This document shows positions 59,685-64,000 of a stretch of DNA of 64,000 bases, piece by piece. Under the pieces are notes generated by a model. That model was not told the DNA's origin and searched no databases. It saw nothing but the letters and a program-made list of their open reading frames with translations. The number at the start of each line of letters is the position of its first letter. The stretch's first letter is position 1. Both the position numbers and the translations under genes were made by a program. Source of the DNA: Clostridiaceae bacterium (GTDB lineage Bacteria > Bacillota > Clostridia > Clostridiales > Clostridiaceae); the NCBI GenBank assembly GCA_900759715.1, contig CAAEXF010000039.1:4867-68866 (forward strand), read 5' to 3'.

Positions 59685-61316
59685 GTGAAAGAAAGTAAAG
59701 GCCAAAATATAGGATATGCACAGAGTTATAAAGAACAGCTTACAGTAAGAAGTTTAATAATTGGAGCACTAGGAGCATTTGTAATCACATTGAGTTCAAT
59801 GTATGTAGCATTGAGAATGGGAGCACTTCCTTGGCCTACTATTTTTGTTGCAATTCTATCTATGGCAGTTTTAAAAGGATTAGGTAAGACAAACTTAAAT
59901 GAAATAAATGTAGCAGCAACGGCTATGTCAGCAGGTGGCCTTGTTGCAGGTGGCTTAGCTTTTACAATTCCAGGTATATGGATGATAAATAAGAATGCGG
60001 CAGTAAGTGTTGTATCTCTATTAATGGTAACCTTGTCTGGAACAATATTAGCATTGATATTTACACTTCTTATAAGAAAATACTTTATAGAAAAAGAACA
60101 ACTTCCTTTTCCGATGGGAATAGCCGCTTCACAGACTTTAATTGCAGGAGATGAGGGTGGAAACAAAGCTAAAACTTTGTTTATAACCTTAGGAATCACT
60201 GCAATATTTACAGCTATAAGAGATTATTTTGGTAAAATTCCAGCAGCTATAACATCAACTTCTCTTGCAGCTAAGAATATATTTTTCGGAGTATGGGTGT
60301 CGCCGATGGCAGTAGGTATAGGATATATAATTGGGCCATTATACATGGGAACATGGTTTTTAGGAGCAATATTAAGTTATTTTGTTATAATTCCAGTAGG
60401 TGTTGCCCAGGGAATATTCAAAGATGTAGCCGCTGCTACTGCATTCAAAGATAGCCTAGGAATAGGTTTTATTGTAGGAGCAGGTATAGGTGTTCTGTTA
60501 AAAGGAATTCTTCCTAAGGCTAAAGAAATATTTGGACCAATGCTTAGAGGGAAAACTGGCGATAATAATATAAATCTAAAATGGGCTCCTATAGCTTTTG
60601 CTGTAATAGCATTTATGTTAACGGTATTTACTGAAATGAAGCTTGTTCCAAGTATTATAACTATATTTGGTGTATGGATTACTACATCTATGGCTGCAAC
60701 TATAACAGGTCAGACTGGTATTAATCCTATGGAGATATTTGGAATATTAATATTACTGTTGGTAAAAGCTATAGTAAATGTTGGTCCTATTGAAGCATTT
60801 TTAGTAGCTGGTGTTATAGCAGTGGCCTGCGGTCTTGCGGGAGATGCTCTTCAGGACTATAAAGCAGGATATATTTTAAAAACTGATCCAAAGGCACAGT
60901 TAATTGCTCAGACAGTAGGAGGTTTAGTTGGTGCTGTGGTGTCAGTTGCAGTTCTATTTGTTATGCATAGAGCTTATGGAAGTATGGGACCAGGAACGGA
61001 ATTAGTAGCACCTCAGGCTTATGCAGTTTCTACTATGGTTTCTGGATTACCAAATTTTAATGCATTTATTGCAGGTCTTATTATAGGGACAATACTATTT
61101 ATGTTAGGAGTTCCTGTAATGACTGTTGGGATAGGAATATATTTACCTATGTTTATATCAACAGCTGCCTTCATAGGCGGATTGTTAAAGTTTATCGTAC
61201 AAAAAGTAAAACCGGAGGCAGATAACAATGGACTCCTTATATCATCGGGGCTTCTTGGAGGAGAAGGAATTACGGGGGTAGTTATAGCATTAATTAAAGT
61301 ATTTACTTTAGGATAG
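59685..61316 (+). CDS. OPT/YSL family oligopeptide transporter
   Basis: LTVRS.IIG, YVAL..G, E.LPFP.G.A, QD.KAG and APQA motifs; start GTG 59685 (GGAGGGAG). Confidence 0.88.
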   Translation: MKESKGQNIGYAQSYKEQLTVRSLIIGALGAFVITLSSMYVALRMGALPWPTIFVAILSMAVLKGLGKTNLNEINVAATAMSAGGLVAGGLAFTIPGIWMINKNAAVSVVSLLMVTLSGTILALIFTLLIRKYFIEKEQLPFPMGIAASQTLIAGDEGGNKAKTLFITLGITAIFTAIRDYFGKIPAAITSTSLAAKNIFFGVWVSPMAVGIGYIIGPLYMGTWFLGAILSYFVIIPVGVAQGIFKDVAAATAFKDSLGIGFIVGAGIGVLLKGILPKAKEIFGPMLRGKTGDNNINLKWAPIAFAVIAFMLTVFTEMKLVPSIITIFGVWITTSMAATITGQTGINPMEIFGILILLLVKAIVNVGPIEAFLVAGVIAVACGLAGDALQDYKAGYILKTDPKAQLIAQTVGGLVGAVVSVAVLFVMHRAYGSMGPGTELVAPQAYAVSTMVSGLPNFNAFIAGLIIGTILFMLGVPVMTVGIGIYLPMFISTAAFIGGLLKFIVQKVKPEADNNGLLISSGLLGGEGITGVVIALIKVFTLG

Positions 61317-61373
61317 CACTAAGCGTAAAATATTAGTTAACAGAGTTTGTGGTATTTACAATAGGAGGTAAAA

Positions 61374-62336
61374 ATGCAAGAAATATTATTTAATCAAATA
61401 GAAGGAATAAAGATTGGAAATGCTCAAAACTTAAATGGCCCTACTGGATGTACTGTAGTAATATGTGAAGAAGGAGCTTCTGCTGGTGTAGATGTAAGGG
61501 GTGGATCACCAGGTACTAGAGAAACAGATTTACTTGATCCAGTAAATTTAGTAGATAAAATTCACGCTGTAGTTTTATCTGGAGGGAGTGCCTTTGGTCT
61601 GGATGCTGCCAGTGGTGCAATGCAGTATTTAGAAGAAAGAAATATAGGGTTTGATGTTAGTGTTACAAAGGTTCCTATAGTGTGTTCAGCAGTACTCTTT
61701 GATTTAGTTATAGGAGATCATAAAATAAGGCCAGACAAAAGCATGGGATATGAAGCCTGTGTAAATGCAGAGTTAAATCAGTGCAAGGAAGGAAACATAG
61801 GAGCCGGAACAGGAGCGACGGTAGGCAAGATACTTGGTCCTGAGTATTCAATGAAAGGTGGACTTGGATGTTATGCCCTTCAGGTTGGAGATCTTAAAGT
61901 AGGTGCAGTTATTGCAGTTAACTGTCTCGGAGATGTAATTGATCCAGCTACAGGGGAAATTATTGCAGGAGTTTTAGATAAAGATAAAAAGAACTTTGCA
62001 GGCACAGAGAAAATAATGATAAATAATTATAGCGAGAAGAAGAATTTATTTAGTGGAAACACTACTATAGGAGTAGTTGTAACAAACGCAAAGTTTTCAA
62101 AGTCAGAAATGAATAAAATAGCTTCTATGGCGCACAATGGCTATGGAAGATCCATGAGGCCAGCGCATTCTATATTTGACGGAGACACAATTTTCACTAT
62201 GGCAACTGGAAAAGTAGAGGCTGATATAAATGTTGTAGGACTTCTAGCTGCAAATGTTGTTGAGCAAGCTGTAGTAAGAGCGGTTAAAAATGCTGAAGGC
62301 ATTTTGGGATATAAGGCTTATAAAGATATGATTTAA
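61374..62336 (+). CDS. P1/S58 family self-cleaving hydrolase (DmpA/NylC/ThnT-like)
   Basis: GVDVRGG.PGTRETD, LSGGSAFGL, GAGTGA, GNTTIG autoproteolysis site and H..FDGD motifs. Confidence 0.9.
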   Translation: MQEILFNQIEGIKIGNAQNLNGPTGCTVVICEEGASAGVDVRGGSPGTRETDLLDPVNLVDKIHAVVLSGGSAFGLDAASGAMQYLEERNIGFDVSVTKVPIVCSAVLFDLVIGDHKIRPDKSMGYEACVNAELNQCKEGNIGAGTGATVGKILGPEYSMKGGLGCYALQVGDLKVGAVIAVNCLGDVIDPATGEIIAGVLDKDKKNFAGTEKIMINNYSEKKNLFSGNTTIGVVVTNAKFSKSEMNKIASMAHNGYGRSMRPAHSIFDGDTIFTMATGKVEADINVVGLLAANVVEQAVVRAVKNAEGILGYKAYKDMI

Positions 62337-62505
62337 GTATTAATGAAAAGCAGGCTTATGTAGGGAAAAGTGAGCTATTGTGCGATGAATGAAATTATCA
62401 TACAATAGCTTTTCTTTGTTATCCAAAAGTTATTATTTATGGTAGAATAAAAATAAATGAAGAGCAAATCTTATATATATATGAATGTGTAAGGAGATGA
62501 GTTAT

Positions 62506-63687
62506 ATGTCAGTTAATGATAATGAAATAAACTCAATGAATGAGATTATAAGCGACATTGAGTTTTCAATGAAAAAAGTGAGAAGTGGAGAGGTTATAAA
62601 AGGAAAGGTTATTTCAGTAACAGATAGTGAAGCTATAATAAATTTGGGCTATATGTCAGATGGAATATTACCTAGAAGTGAGATAAGTGAAGATTCAGAA
62701 ATAAATCCTAAAGACGTCTTAAAGGAAAATGATGAAATCTATGTTTATGTATCAAATATGAATGATGGAGATGGAAATATTCTTCTATCAAAAAAAGAAG
62801 CAGATAAAATAAAGGTATGGGATGAACTTGAAGATTCTCTTAAAAATAATAACACTTTTGAAGTGATAGTTAAGGAAGTTGTTAAAGGTGGAGTTGTTAC
62901 ATATGTAAAGGGAATCAGAGCCTTTATACCTGCTTCACAACTTTCAGTATCATATGTAAAGGATTTAAATGAGTTTATAGGAAAAACATTAAATATAAAG
63001 GTAATTGAGCTTGATAGATCCAAAGAAAGAATAGTTTTATCAAGAAGAGAAGTGGAAAGTGCTGAATTAGAAGTTAAAAAGAAAAGTTTATGGAGTGAAA
63101 TTAAACCTGGAGAGAAAAGAACTGGTGTAGTAAGCAGACTAACTAAATTTGGGGCATTTGTTGACTTAGGAGGAGTAGATGGATTAATTCACCTTTCCGA
63201 GTTATCATGGAAAAGAGTTAAGAATCCTTCTGAGGTAGTTTCAATTGGAGATAAAGTTGAAGTATATGTGCTAGATGTAGATAAAGAGAATAATAGAATT
63301 TCTTTAGCATTAAAAGATGTAAGTGAAGATCCTTGGAATAATATTCAAGATAAATATAAAGTTGGAAGTGTAGTGGATGGAACTGTATCTAAATTTTTAA
63401 ACTTTGGCGCTTTTGTAGAGATAGAACCAGGATTAGAAGGATTAGTACATCTTTCAGAAATATCTGAGGAACGTATCTTAAAGCCTTCGGATGTATTAAA
63501 TATAGGAAATAAAGTTAGAGTAAAAATATTAGACATTGATTCAAAGGCAAAGAGAATGAGCTTAAGCATTAAGGATTCTGCTGAAAAGTCAAAAGAGGAT
63601 TTTGAAAAATATGTTGATACACAGGAATCTGGAGTAAGTTTGGGAGAATTATTTGGAGATAAGTTCAAAGATTTGAAATTTGATTAA
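62506..63687 (+). CDS. rpsA: 30S ribosomal protein S1 homologue (four S1 domains)
   Basis: Repeated FGAFV.L.G..GL.H.SE motifs; probable start ATG 62506 (AAGGAG). Confidence 0.85.
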   Translation: MSVNDNEINSMNEIISDIEFSMKKVRSGEVIKGKVISVTDSEAIINLGYMSDGILPRSEISEDSEINPKDVLKENDEIYVYVSNMNDGDGNILLSKKEADKIKVWDELEDSLKNNNTFEVIVKEVVKGGVVTYVKGIRAFIPASQLSVSYVKDLNEFIGKTLNIKVIELDRSKERIVLSRREVESAELEVKKKSLWSEIKPGEKRTGVVSRLTKFGAFVDLGGVDGLIHLSELSWKRVKNPSEVVSIGDKVEVYVLDVDKENNRISLALKDVSEDPWNNIQDKYKVGSVVDGTVSKFLNFGAFVEIEPGLEGLVHLSEISEERILKPSDVLNIGNKVRVKILDIDSKAKRMSLSIKDSAEKSKEDFEKYVDTQESGVSLGELFGDKFKDLKFD

Positions 63688-63789
63688 TATATAGATATCC
63701 ATATACAAGGCTATTGATGCAATGGGTTACTTATAAGGATGGGTTTTTTATGCCCTTCTGTATAGGTAACCTTTTTATTTGGAATAATA

Positions 63790-63818
63790 TTTACATGAGA
63801 ACGTATGTTTGGTATAAT
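63790..63818 (+). promoter_or_regulatory. SigA promoter with LexA (SOS) box
   Basis: TTTACA-N17-TATAAT with GAAC-GTAT-GTTT (63799-63810) in the spacer. Confidence 0.8.
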
Positions 63819-63846
63819 TATGTTTATATGGTATGGAGGCGTGTAT

Positions 63847-64000
63847 ATGGACATATTGGAAAAATTAAGAATACTATCATCAGCTGCTAAATATGATGTA
63901 TCCTGTTCTTCAAGTGGAAGTAACAGAAAGAATACTAAAGGTGGATTGGGGAATGGGTATGAAAGTGGTATATGCCATAGTTTTACGGCAGATGGAAGGT
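63847..64000 (+). CDS. Putative DNA modification/repair radical SAM protein, 5' part (runs off window end)
   Basis: MDILEKLRILSSAAKYDVSCSSSG...GICHSFTADGR is the characteristic N-terminus of this family; LexA box upstream. Confidence 0.85.
   Translation, partial: MDILEKLRILSSAAKYDVSCSSSGSNRKNTKGGLGNGYESGICHSFTADGR

Noticed and set aside
1080..63668. Many 60-160 aa antisense ORFs (e.g. 1080-1487, 33049-33456, 51440-51820, 59726-60199, 63345-63668)
   Set aside because: They are shadows of well-supported genes on the opposite strand, with no motifs or clear RBS.

Overview
AT-rich Clostridium-type chromosomal segment (CWB2 surface protein, sporulation-sigma-like promoters, T-box, preQ1-I riboswitch). 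No rRNA, tRNA, CRISPR array, transposase or prophage was seen. Cofactor metabolism dominates: glyA (partial), nadABC with a NiaR-like operator, pabABC-folP, folA, bioYBDA with a BirA site, a preQ1-controlled queC-queT operon, psuKG, and a PanT/panB/panE region. Best leads: (1) a preQ1-riboswitch operon in which a 2-hydroxyacyl-CoA dehydratase-like Fe-S protein and its ATP-dependent activase precede queC, possibly an undescribed reductive step in queuosine metabolism. (2) A lone hydG inside an SsuABC-type importer operon, behind a ~350-nt leader with mutually exclusive terminator/antiterminator pairings. (3) An IclR-linked panB-panE-SSS-amidohydrolase plus OPT-ThnT/DmpA-like locus with matching twin operators, possibly for pantothenate/pantetheine salvage or catabolism. 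(4) A stand-alone Zn-ribbon SIR2-like gene preceded by a nested, self-similar hairpin repeat. (5) Several MITE-like hairpin insertions, one separating the folP SD from its start codon and one supplying the end of a dehydrogenase gene. All calls come from motif recognition by eye; no searches or folding programs were run.
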